64,000 bases of DNA from Antedon mediterranea (lineage: Eukaryota > Animalia > Echinodermata), in assembly GCF_964355755.1 (NCBI RefSeq), contig NC_092679.1, forward strand, positions 24,411,432 to 24,475,431, in the 5' to 3' direction. Below the pieces are notes generated by a model that worked only from the letters and a program-made list of their open reading frames with translations, ran no database searches and had not been told where the DNA came from. A program made the translations under genes and the position numbers. Numbering within the stretch: position 1 is the first letter of the stretch; each line of letters begins with the position of its first letter. Positions 51,901 to 64,000 of the stretch are shown here, piece after piece.

Positions 51901-54900
51901 AGCGGCGTTTTGTATGTGTGTGCGCACAAACCTGGGAGGTCAACAGCGGCGTTTTGTATGTGTATGCGCACAAACCTGGGAGGTCAACAGCGGCGTTTTG
52001 TATGTGTGTGCGCACAAACCTGGGAGGTCAACAGCGGCGTTTTGTATGTGTATGCGCACAAACCTGGGAGGTCAACAGCGGCGTTTTGTATGTGTGTGCG
52101 CACAAACCTGGGAGGTCAACAGCGGCGTTTTGTATGTGTGTGCGTTGGGAGGTTTTTTAGATAATGTGAAAGGCAAACAAAACAACTCTTTATAATTCAC
52201 ACATTTATTTATCACTTTTTTATTATTTATTTTTACTGTTTTATGTATGTAACTGTTTTTATGAGCTCTGTATGTTAAGTATTTTAATTTGCCAATGCCA
52301 AAGAAAAATTCGAAAATTTATTGGACGAATAAATATAAATCTTATCTATCTTATAAATTCACAAAATATGTCGAGAACTTCTTTATAAGGCTTTTTTATT
52401 ATTATTTTGTGCATGCTCAATATATCATTGTAATCGTATTCGTCAAGTGAGTTATAATCTCTTTCTTGGTATTACCGCAGATATGATGATGTGTATATGC
52501 ATTCATAGTTTTTATCATACTTTTTATTTTTAATTTCAGGGTCAATCGAAGTTCCAGGTAAAATGTTTATTGCCATTTGTAGCTTTAGTGGCTAACTAAC
52601 TTTAACAAAACCCACCTCTAAATAGCAATACTAATACTTCCCCTTATCAGTCTCTGTCTTTTAAATGAGTCTGCTTCAAACCAGAATACATAATATTGTT
52701 TATCTGGACAAACATAGTAGAACACCTATGACCCTAACAACATATTCATTCGTTTGCTTCACGGAGTTGTAATTAGGTCCTTTGAATGTAAGGTGTGCTT
52801 CTCCTACAGTATAGTAATTAAAGTAATGTGACAGCCTTTCTTAATGGAGAGTGCTACCTCTTTAGGCTATTTTAAATAATAATGCACAATAAAGAAATAA
52901 ATTAAAAGATATGCCTAATAACTTACCAGTTCGTTATGCCTATATCCATTATTATGTTTAGTAATTTCTTGTAGTAATCTTAATACTTATTAAAAAATCT
53001 TAAAATGTTATTTGTAGCTATTGGTGGATGTGACGATAAAGAGGATTATTACTTTGGCTCTATCCAGTCTGAAAACTACCCAGGACCATATGAAAGAAAC
53101 ACCAACTGCCAATGGCAAATCGATGTATGCTTATACTAGTTGGCTCATTTGATTCACATTAATGTATTATGCAACTTGTGGCTGCCTAACATTTTGGTTT
53201 TTTTTAATTTGTATAATCTATTGTGTGGGCTAGGTGGACATACGGCGTGCCATAACTATATACAGTAATTGGGGGGAAAAGACGTAAAACGTAAAAAGAA
53301 ACAATTACTATAGAGAGCTTTTGGCTAACAGTAGTCTGGTTGAATAAAAAATGTGAACAAGGAAATTATATATTTTAAAAATCTGTGAGGGTATTTTGTC
53401 TATTTAATGGTTGTTACGTCAACATTATACTTAATAATACCCTCACACAAACACACATGACTAAAACATTAAAATTAAAAATAGTTTTATTAATTTATCT
53501 GATAGAAATAAACAAAAAAATAATTTTCTTAACAGGTACCAGATGGTCATTTTGCATACATGTGGTTTGAACGAACTGTGGACATTGAGGCATACATTTC
53601 TAACCAGATATATTGTTATGACTATATAACAATTAAAACATTTAAAAGAAATTTTATAAATATTCGTGTTTCGGTTGAAAACCAGTAAGTATTACTAAAC
53701 AATGTTGTTTTTGATCATCAAAATTAAAATGTAAACATTTTGTTTTCTTGATGTTAATTAACTAAGTCACAAGGTTCATTAAATTTAAGAAACTAATACA
53801 AAATAATATACTAATTAACTTTAATTATTTAATACAATATAATAGTTCTGCACTACTTTGTGCACATCACATTTTTTGTCACACAAAGTTTGATGGTGTA
53901 GATTACATAGAGCTTTAGATTACATTAGTACTATCTACCCAATAGTACTCTCTACTCATTAGTACTATCGACCCATTAGTACTATCTACCCATTAGTACT
54001 CTCTACCTATTAGTACTCTCTACCTATTAGTACTATCTACCCATTAGTACTATCTACCCATTAGTACTCTCTACCCATTAGTACTATCGACCCATTAGTA
54101 CTATCTACCCATTAGTACTATCTACCCATTAGTACTATCTACCCATTACTGAACATGTAATATTCACATGTTTCTATTAATTTTTTTGTTATTGTTGTTA
54201 AATATAATGCTTTACAACACACTTAATACGTCTAATACGTTTACAAAATTAAACTTTCATTTTTCGTTTACACAATTCGTTGCACGCAATGATTGAATAA
54301 TTTCGTATACAGTTTTAAGTAGTGGTTTATGTAAAAAAATGAGATTAACGTTTTTAAACTTTCTCTCAGCTACTGTGCACAACAACTGCCTGAAGATATT
54401 TCCACCAATGATGACATCATCATATATTTTACATCAGATGATACGTACCAATGGACGGGTTTCTCACTTAAATATAAAGTGCAACCTACTGAACCTCCAG
54501 GTAATAATGGGGGACGACTGTAATATGATAATTAGAAAGAAACTAATAGAATTGGAATTTTGATTCATTTTTTTTAAGACACAACTTAGATTATATTACA
54601 ACAATTAACTTTGCCAATTTGAATTTTAAGTTGCAAAATCTACAAACATAACATTTATAACATAATTTAACAGGTTTTTTAAACTTAAATATAAAGGAAT
54701 TAATATTGGAAAACTCCCAGATCTTGGTCTATTGACTTTTCTCATTTAGATAGAACCTCTAGATTCTTGTGATTTCATGTTAAATATTATTATTTACTTT
54801 AGCGTGGGACTCTTGGTCCGACTGGAGTGAGTGCAGTGCTACTTGTGGGTCTGGGTATAAGACACGTCATCGAGCTTGCTCAACATCCGATTGCATCGGT

Positions 54901-56685
54901 CACTCTACACAGGATTTATCATGTGACCTCAACAAATGCACAAATGGTAAATAGAAATTAATTATTCCAATTAATTATTCCAATTAACTAGAATCATTTA
55001 TTTGCAAAAATGGTTTCTTCTTTCTTTCGTTTTTCTTTCTTTTTTTTTTTTTGTTTTTTTTTTTTTTCTGTATTCTTTTTTTTTCTGTCTTCTTTTATTT
55101 TTTTCTTTCTGTCTTTCTTTTTTTTTTTTTTCTTTCTGTCTTTCTTTTTTTTTTTTTGTCTTTCTTCTTTTTTCTTCTTTTTTTTATGTTTTTGTTAAAT
55201 ATCCCGTTTTAATATCAGTAATATTTATTTTGACCGAAAATTAGATCGAAAAAAAAACATTTATCTGAAAAAGCTTAAAGCAAAAAATAGTCAAATTGAC
55301 TGTAAGTGAATGGGTTTTTGGTTGAATTTATTCGTTTATTTTGTCTTTTATAAGGGAAAAGATGGTGTTTTTTTTTTTCTACCGGAGTGATTAGCTTTAT
55401 TAAAACTGCCAAGTGGCCTATTCAAAGTCTTTTTTAATTAATCTTCATTTTTCATGTTTTTGGTAATATTTATTAGAGACACGTATTCTATTGAAATAAT
55501 TATTATTTTTTATTATCATTAACAGGATGTGAGCCTGGAATGGGGCATACATTAATTGAAGGCGTTGGTCAAATTCTGTCACCCGGCTATCCTTTCCAGT
55601 ATCCAAAGTCGTATTTTATTAGTAGATCGTCACCATGTAGCGTGACCGTTGATGTGCCAGTTGGAAAGTCAGTCACGTTCTATTTCGATGACTTAGACCT
55701 GACGTCCTCAACATTCTGCTTTTTCGATTATTTGGAGTTTAGTTCACCAGACAAAAAGTAAGTTTTCGTTAATCCATGGATACATGAGAGAGAAGGATTT
55801 GTATCGATGGTAGTCTGGGTTCTAGACGGAGTTTTGACTTAATATTAGTTTAAATATGTTCGGACATATGGCGTTTCATACGTGTACTACTAGAGCTTGT
55901 ATTTCAGACAAACATCGACGAAAAGCCTCGAAATAACTACAGACTTGGGGCAAGTCCTAAAATCGATGGTAATTTGAGGCAATTTATTCTGCAAGCCTAT
56001 GTTAAAGCACTACTGCCGATCAAACAAACACGGTATATCAAATCATCTCTTCCCGTGGCCCTCTTATTATATTGGAATTTGCGAATGGCGTCGTGAGGTA
56101 CCAAAAAAAATTGTCAATGAACAATTTTCAATTTAATTCAACTTTAGTCTCCAGCCTATTAAATAATCTTTTTGATCATGATGTATTTACTTGTGCAGTG
56201 GTCTATCAGTCTTTAAGTCTTTTAATACAATGGCTACACCGTGAGTTTGTCTTGAATCTCTCTAATTTATATAAATTGTATTATTGTAGTAGACCTACCT
56301 GGTGATTGGTTATTGTTTCTGTCATATTCTACGTAACGAAAAATCACCGGGCTAAACAAATTCTTGTTCGGAGATGTCAGCTTAACTGCGCATGCGCAGC
56401 TAAGATGACGTCTATGTAACATTGTTGGCGTGTTAGCTACAAGAGACGTTCATTCTCATATTTATACAAATCCTTCTCTCGTATTTATCCACATTAATTA
56501 TCAAAGATTCATCAGTAATTTTTCAACATTTTTATAATTGTAGGTACATTTTGTGCGGTAATGACAAATCTGTACAGGTGCCCACCTTTACTAAAGGACC
56601 GGTTGAGGTGATATTTAGAACTGATAGTGCTTTGCTGTACAATACCTTTAGCCGAGGATTTGACATGAAATATATTTTCAACTGA
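42983..56685 (+). CDS. Secreted astacin metalloprotease: signal-pro-astacin-EGF-CUB-6xHYR-CUB-TSP1-CUB, ~1250 aa (gene 3)
   Basis: 24 phase-consistent exons: 42983-43102, 43730-43904 (RVKR), 44014-44143, 44444-44513, 44992-45189 (HEIGHTLGLLHEQTRTNRD, SIMHY), 45348-45486, 46027-46158 (EGF), CUB 46580-46677, 46808-46935, 47267-47388; HYR 47838-48074, [48541-48603], 48835-49077, 49358-49600, 49858-50100, 50281-50523, 51011-51259; [52540-52557]; CUB 53018-53124, 53536-53684, 54370-54500; TSP1 54803-54946; CUB 55526-55757, 56544-56685 (TGA). Bracketed mini-exons are less certain. Confidence 0.9.
44160..44359. mobile_element. PIF/Harbinger-like MITE
   Basis: TIR AGCGTGGTTCCCACTA/TAGTGGGAACCACGCT; flanks TAA and TGA. 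Confidence 0.7.
51346..52151 (+). repeat. 44-bp minisatellite, ~18 copies, inside a short-TIR element (~51303-52174)
   Basis: Unit CACAAACCTGGGAGGTCAACAGCGGCGTTTTGTATGTGT(A/G)TGCG; flanked by CCTTTCACATCACCTA and TAGATAATGTGAAAGG. Confidence 0.95.
53925..54149. repeat. 17-bp minisatellite, ~13 copies
   Basis: Unit ATTAGTACT(A/C)TCTACCC. Confidence 0.92.
55014..55195. repeat. T-rich low-complexity tract
   Basis: T runs interspersed with C and G. Confidence 0.9.
55762..56509. mobile_element. Probable MITE with ~45-bp imperfect TIRs
   Basis: TTAATCCATGGATACATGAGAGAGAAGGATTTGTAT is roughly the inverted complement of ATACAAATCCTTCTCTCGTATTTATCCACATTAA. Confidence 0.55.
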
Positions 56686-57043
56686 TGGTAAGATATATCG
56701 TGTAATGAAATAGTTACATACTGAGGTGCGCGAATCGAAAGCATTTACTAATGCGCATGCGTATTTTCATGTACTTTTTGTGACGTGAAAAATGCACAAC
56801 CAATCATAACTCAAGAATGTTCGATTCGTGCGAATATGTTCGCTTATAAACAAAACAGGATTTAATAAGATAATGTAAATATATTCAATAACTAATAGCC
56901 TTAAATTGTTAAATAATGGTATTTATTTTAATATGACAAGTTGCTAATATAATGGTTATTCTACTTAGGATGTTTGAATTTAATATCACTTCATCACAAT
57001 AAGGACATTCAATCATGTATATTATGTGTATTATAGTAATGAT

Positions 57044-57200
57044 AGCCCTAGTGGTCTAATGGTTACGACATCTGTATATGAAGCAGAAGGTTCCGGGTTC
57101 GAATCTCGGTTGGGCGACTTCTCATTCTCACAGATTTCCTCATCTTTATCGTTTCAAATTAATTGATTAAATATCAGTATATCACCGGGTGGTTTAAAAT
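57044..57200 (+). mobile_element. tRNA-headed repeat (SINE family B), second copy
   Basis: Homologous to 22985-23138. Confidence 0.75.
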
Positions 57201-59363
57201 GTATTCTGTGCATGTGATGTTTATAGTAATGTTAAATGTATTTTCTTTACAGTGTGTCTACGTCAGCATTCAACATGTATGAATGTGAAGACAACACTAA
57301 TTGAAACAAGTCAACTAGTTTTAAATAGCAACATTCAAACAAGTCAACTAGTTTTAAATAGCACCATTCAATTTATTTATTAGAATGTAAAACGAATAGT
57401 TAATTTCATTTAGGTATAATTTTATTTTTAGTTAGAGAATAATTCGTGATTTTAGGCATTGAAATTAGACGGTTATTGTATCAATTTAAATTTAAATGAA
57501 TTAACACAATAGCAATTACATTTTTTAGATTTTTATTATTTATTCAGTAAAATAAAATACATGATGCTGTCATATCACAACCATATTTAGGCATGGCACT
57601 ACCATATTTAGGCATATCGGTACCATATTTGGGCAAGGGAAAGAAGAACGCGTTACTAGAAAAGTACAAAATCGCCTGTCACCATTATGCCTACTTGGTG
57701 AGGATAAGGGAGTAAGGTTAATTATTTGAAATGGTATACATTTCAAATATTGGAATTGTAGGAGGAGATAATGTCACATATAGAGAAACTCTTACAGAAA
57801 GGCATTTCATCATACTCATTAGTCCAATCCCATCATTTCGCTCAAATCGTTTTTCATTATTTATAGCGTGTGATACATGTTTGTCGGTTCTCATTTAATT
57901 AATAATAAATATCTAATTGCACTATTATATTATTTACTTGTTTTCAGTGTTATCTGTTATCGTTATGTCAACATTTCGTGACAATTCACCAATTTCATTT
58001 CAACATAAATTGTTTACATTTTAAAACAAATTTTGTTAACATATTATTATGTTGTCATAATATACCTCTTAATTAAATCAGTCTGATGGTTAATTAAAGC
58101 TGTGTTATTAGGCTTACATTTCGATGAAATAAACAGTTCAAATATTACACTCTTTGTAACTATTTCATTTCATACTGTGCCATATATTTTACTTGTCATT
58201 TCAACTGTTATTTCTATCTTTATACATTACACTTTTCATTGTCATTGTTTATTCATCTGTTATTATCATTAACAAGGCCATATACATGGCTGCAGTCGCA
58301 TGCTCAAGTTAGTGTTTACCGACCAACCGACCGACATAGTGAGCTGTAGAGTCGCGTTGCACGCACGCGACTTATAATAACTATTATTAAAGATACACTG
58401 TTCCCCTGAAACGTTTTTTTTAATGTCTCATAATAGTTATTCACTTTGAAAAAAATTGGATCGAAAAAAACAGTTAGGAATTATACTGAAAAAACAGTAA
58501 TTTAATACAGAAATATTCAAATGTTCTGTCAGACAAAGGCGGTTTGATTGGATTTAACAGTTTATTTTATCTTTATAAGTAAAAACATTATTTTGGCGGT
58601 TTTTTTCAACGGAGTTATCAAAACCTCTTGTCTTCATTTGTTTAACTGATTTTTCTGTACCAAATATGTTTTAGAGCAACAGCTAATCAGAAACAGAACA
58701 GTTTTAGGTTTTTTTCGGATTATAATAATAATAATAATAATAACAGGATTTTTATAGCGCACATACCACTCAAGAGTGCTCAAGGCGCATAGGCGGATTA
58801 CGTATGTTTTAGTGGCACATACGCGAGGTTTTGAATGGTACATGATTTGATATCACAGTAAATACCTAGAACCTGAATGTCTTTTGTAAATGAATAAATT
58901 CGCTTATTGGAAAACATGCTTAAATGATTTCATGGCAAATACATACTAGTAAAGTAATTCCTTTTAAGAATGTCGTTAAAAATTAATCATAATTAAAAAA
59001 CTTTACTAAACTTTACCTACTTCTTTTTTCAGCAATTATGATACGAACTGCAAACTTTACTTTACAATTTAATATTTCCAATAACAAGTTTTTCAATAAT
59101 AACATATCAAGTTACATTACTCTTCACGCTACCTACATTTTGCAAATCACCAATATATTAGTTGCATTCCTATATCACATTAGATATTTAAACATATCAA
59201 TACAATTTTAATTAAAGTTACAGTATTTCAAATACATATGCTCCTAATTAAAAGGGAAATACAATGATAAGTAAATATTTAATATTGCATGTACATATCC
59301 TATTAAGTGTTTATAATATTATAGTTTAACCTAATTTAATCATACCTTAATTAATACTGAGAA

Positions 59364-59373
59364 TATATAAAAA
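59364..59373 (+). promoter_or_regulatory. TATA box of gene 4
   Basis: TATATAAAAA starting 43 nt upstream of the ATG at 59407. Confidence 0.55.
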
Positions 59374-59406
59374 GGAGGATTTTCAGTGGTAAGTCACACA
59401 CTCATC

Positions 59407-61191
59407 ATGAAGACTATTTGGTGTTTTCTTCTGCTGGCCCTGGCCGTCGGTTTGGAAGCCCGTCCTATGGAAAAACCGAGGAGAAAACATGAGGTAAGAC
59501 TTATTTAATCCACTTTTAAATATTCTATCGTTTTGTTTTGTGCTTTAAAAAAAATACAATTTATTTATTTAAATAAAAATTACCTTATCAGAGTAGCATT
59601 TCAATTACGCGCCGTACGACGAAGTAAAATAAGAATATAGACATTTAATCGTATGAGATTGTGTATAAAATACACGTATATTTGCATATATTTTAATGGA
59701 CTAAAAACAAAAAAAAATCTATTGCATAAAACCTTTAAGAAATATTCTTCAACTAATTGTTTTTAATAGTAAATCTAAATCATTATTTTCGGTAGGCCTT
59801 ATTTACTATTATCATTCCATATCTCAACAAACTCTATGATGAGTTTAAATTAATTTATGAGGAACTGGTTTAAAGTAAACTTTTAAATGATAGCATTATC
59901 GTTAAAAGTGTGGAAAGTAATAAATAAAGATACGTTTGGAATAAATAATCATTCGTTAGAAACTACATGTTGTACTAAAAAAATGATAGATGGAGTAGGA
60001 GATTGATCTTGATTAATGATGATGCGGTTGGAAGTTACGGTCGATAGAAATTCGTCGATGACCTGGCTATTGAGGAACTGAAGTTAAATTCTTACAATTA
60101 TACTTAGATATCAGTGGTGTACTGAACTTGATATGGCTCCTAAACCTGTCAAATTGCAAATTCCAAATTTTGTTTCTTCGAAACAATCTTTTGATGCTTA
60201 ATTTTAATACTCTTAATGAAATTGGTCTAGATAACGTACAGCATATTAAGCTATTATATTCAGAATTATTTAAAGTGGTATCTGCATGTCTCAGATATTG
60301 TTACTAAATCTTCTAAAAGATTATTTTAACCTAATGTTCTAAAGAAGGTTATTGTAATTACCTTAAAACACCTTAAGGTAATAACAGACATTGCATTGTC
60401 TGTTACTGGTTTACCCACTCTTGTTGAGAGAAGAAACAAACTGGTGTTGTCTTTCGGGGAAGGCTTATTAAAATCCGAGCTGTTTAGAGAAATACTTCCC
60501 CCTCTTCATAAGCCAGCTCGGTCTCTCAGATTCAACCGCTTTCTAGAAGTACCTCATTGTAAAACCAGCAGACTTAGGTCATCTCCAGTTCCCACCATGG
60601 TGGATATAATTAATAGGCACCACTAGCTCGTTTTTAGATATGTAATAAGTGAATGTTTTAAGGTTTTTTATTCATGTATGTTTTATAATTTTATGGTACG
60701 ATATCTAATTTTAATTAGATGTTTCTATTTTTATGGCAATTTTAACTAATTTTTTATTATTTTGTAATACATTTCATTTCAGTCCTTGACTGTCGTTTTG
60801 TAATATATTTTTATATACCGAATAAATAAAAATAAAAATAAATAAAACAAATGTTTTACACAGAATAATTGTTAATACAAATAAAATAATATGGGAAATT
60901 ATTATTGATAATTTAGGAAGAGTGGTAAAAATAAAATATATTTGTATGATGGCAATGTTTTATAATATAAAAAATTAGAAAGCTTACCCTTATTTATGTA
61001 TTTATTCAATTGTGTATATTCAATGTTTAGGGGCTGGATGATTTGAATACTTCATACATGATAAATCCTATGTTTGTTTATGTTTAGCACGTGTAGGCCT
61101 ATGGTTTATTTTTTTGTAACAAAAAGTAAAAAGAAAGGTAGGTCTAGGCCTATTGGACCTTTTTTTAGATATTGGCGTCACGTATCAATAC

Positions 61192-61232
<41 letters not shown>

Positions 61233-63854
61233 ATTTCTAATACTGCTAATTCTTCAGCAAGCTCACTTAGAATTCTAGATACTTACATCTTAGACTGTCT
61301 GTCTGGTACTGAAAGTTTTAAATGGATTTGTATTTGTCAGGAGTTATCCACAGTGAATTTACTGACAGTTGGTCCCCATGGGGGAACATATTACGACTTA
61401 TCGGGATACTATTATATCGCCATACATTATTATTATTTATTATTAAATATTATTATTTCCTTTATATTTCATATTCAGATTGATATCATATATATTGTAT
61501 TCAAATTGATATCATATATATTGTATTCAAATTGATATCATATAATTATATTGTATTCAAAATGTTATTATTATGTTCTATTTTGTAAATAGATAACAAT
61601 GTAACAAAACATTTGTTGCTTCACTAGTTGGTTGATTTGGTTGATGATTAGTAAAACTATTTCTCCTTATTTAATACAGTCAAAGGCAAAATTCAATGAA
61701 ATCAACGTTAATGAATATGTTAATGATATGATAATCAGTGAAGAACAGCAACAAATTATCGATGGAATAAAGACTAGTGGTAGATCAAGGCGCACTGCCT
61801 ACAGCGGTCCAGCAACGTGGCCTGACGGAATCGTAACGTGGCAATATAAACCTGACGACAACACAATTGGTAAGACGCTATACACCTTTCTTTTTCACAT
61901 AGAAAAACACCAAAGTTTGCACACACCAAACCGCATGAATCCAGCGTTTCGCAGAGAAAAAACATTTCAACCACAAGAGCGAATAGCTGCAATGTTCATT
62001 AAATTCCGAAGTAGTAGCCTACTAATTAGGCCTAGTATTAATTAATACTAGCGAACGCTAATTTCCTAAGCTCTGATGGGTTGCGCAACTTTTCGCTTCT
62101 TAGAAATAGAAACAATTCGAACTAACAATTCCGCTGAAGCAAAAAACTAAAGAATTAGAGAGTCGCCATAGAGAGGGAAACATGAATTCGCATGCGTATA
62201 AGCTGAAACTTGCGATTCCCGGCTTTAGGCAGCAGGTCGCCTGGGTTTGTGTTAACTCTTGTGTTTTGCTAGGCAGTGTAAAAGTGGTATTGTTATAATG
62301 ATAATTAAGACATTTTTTAAATTATCGATTTTGTCAAACTACAATAATTGTACTTGTATTTTTAAATAATAGCCTTTCAATATTGAAATGAGTTATTTTA
62401 CTGTGTTTACTGTGGGGAATATAAACACATTTTAAAATTATTTGATTTAGTATCAAATTCTGATTCTGAAAGGAAGGATAGTAAAATTTACTAGAATTAA
62501 ATATTCATCAAAACTTAAAATTTGCAATTACATGGTATTAGCTAATTTGGATGTTATTTACTTTTTCCTCAAACAGTAACTAATCATGGAAGTCGAATAA
62601 TCGAAGCTATGGAGATACTATCGGATAAGACTTGTCTTACATTCGAGGAATTTGATAGTAGTACTATGGCAGATTCGAAGCCAAGACTAGTGTTTGCTAC
62701 TCCTGAGGGCGGGTAAGTTTGTGTTTTTATATTTATAGCCCATTTCTAGGCTCTAACCTGCGTAGTTGTCGTGTAATTTGGAATTAGCTCAATTTAATAA
62801 CAGAAAAGTATTATTTAATTGTGATAACGCGCTCGAATGCACGTTCAGCTCTCATTTTAGGCATTTTGAGAATGCATTGTTGTCTGATTTACAGTAATGT
62901 TTTTCCTCATATGACCCTCTGTTCAGATTTTTTTTAATTTAACATGGTATGTTTATGGGATTTTCGGACACCATGTCGTATGAGCAAAACATTATTATAA
63001 AGTGTTCCTTAAAAATTGACCTACATCACTTTAAAAAAATGTGATCGCCTAATATCAGTCGAAAAAACACCACAGTGTACGCTGCTTACGACGTTTTTAC
63101 CACCGTTTTATTGCGGTGCAATGGTGGTGCCTATGTGTGTTTTTTTTATTTCATTATAATTATAGGTGCTATGCGTCGTTGGGCTTTACGGATGATACTG
63201 AAGATAACTTTGTTTTTTTGGGGAATTCAGGTTGTAACACCGTACGTACCCAATTTTTTGTTCGAATTTATATTTATTGTTTTGTTATAGTTTGCTATTG
63301 TTGTTGCTTACTTGCTTTTTGTTCATTATTCAGGCAAATAAGATAAATTTTACAAAATAAGACAAACAAGAAGGTAAGAAAGATCAGTCACTCGTTGCGA
63401 GGAATATACAAAATCAGCCGAGGTCATCAAAAATAATCAACAACTAAAATAAATAATAAACACCCTCAACCAAAAAAAAAAAAAAAAACCTGGATCCGCC
63501 TCCTATGGCAGAATCATCCTCATCAGGATACAAATTATGGACCTCTTTTAAATATTTTATGCTGTACGTCAAAACTACGGTTCTTGATCCATTTTCTCGT
63601 TTTACTCCTGGCGAAGGTTGCAACTCTCTGATTTGTTTGTTTACATTTATCAACAGATCGGAGTCGTGATACACGAGATAGGGCATGCTATCGGAAGGCG
63701 TCACGAACATACTCGGCCAGATCGTGACGAGTTTATAGATGTGATAACAGAAAACATCGAATCCGGCTTCCAATCGCAGTTTGATATAGTTACGACTCAG
63801 AGCACTCTTTCGGTACCATACGATCTTGGTTCTGTTATGCATTATAGTCGTAAC
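59407..63854 (+). CDS. Secreted astacin metalloprotease, 5' part (gene 4; continues beyond the window)
   Basis: Exons 59407-59493 (MKTIWCFLLLALAVGLEARP...), 61680-61869 (RSRR|TAY...WPDG), 62577-62712, 63166-63241, 63657-63854 (HEIGHAIGRRHEHTRPDRD, SVMHY); phases consistent. Confidence 0.92.
60396..60845 (+). mobile_element. CR1-like LINE 3' fragment
   Basis: GLPTLVERRNKL...ILPP...RLRSSPVP, followed by an AT-rich UTR and (AAAAT)n tail. Confidence 0.6.
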
Positions 63855-64000
63855 GTAAGTTTGTATTAATTAATTTTTGGAACAATTATTTCTATATTAT
63901 TGATTGATTGATTACTTTATTTCAGAATAACAAAATTCATAAAAAATAGAGTTTCAAAGAAAACGAAATCACATTAAAATCCTGCAAAGTGAATCTAAGA

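Noticed and set aside
51346-52151. CRISPR array, or 266-280-aa Cys-rich proteins
   Set aside because: Head-to-tail repeats with no unique spacers, no cas genes and an intronic eukaryotic context; the ORFs result from a stop-free 44-bp unit.
55002-55244. Phe-rich membrane peptides
   Set aside because: Translations of a T-rich low-complexity intronic tract.

Overview
AT-rich, intron-containing animal DNA, not prokaryotic. The gene content suggests a marine invertebrate deuterostome such as an echinoderm (inference). The window holds a cluster of four SpAN/BP10-like astacin (M12A) metalloprotease genes: (1) a minus-strand pseudogene at ~870-9762; (2) an intact minus-strand gene at 16156-27861 (astacin-EGF-CUB-TSP1-CUB-TSP1x3); (3) an intact plus-strand gene at 42983-56685 with an unusual block of six HYR repeats; (4) a plus-strand gene from 59407 that runs off the window. 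Highlights: a ~1 kb-arm spacerless palindrome (40618-43418) that mirrors the promoter and signal-peptide exon of gene 3 and is phase-compatible with splicing into gene 2; a decayed Transib (RAG1-related) transposon with CACAGTG ends inserted in an astacin exon; an intronless Bcl-2-like relic; two multi-level transposon nests; and Penelope-type hammerhead ribozymes. Exon models and element boundaries were read by eye; no database searches were run.
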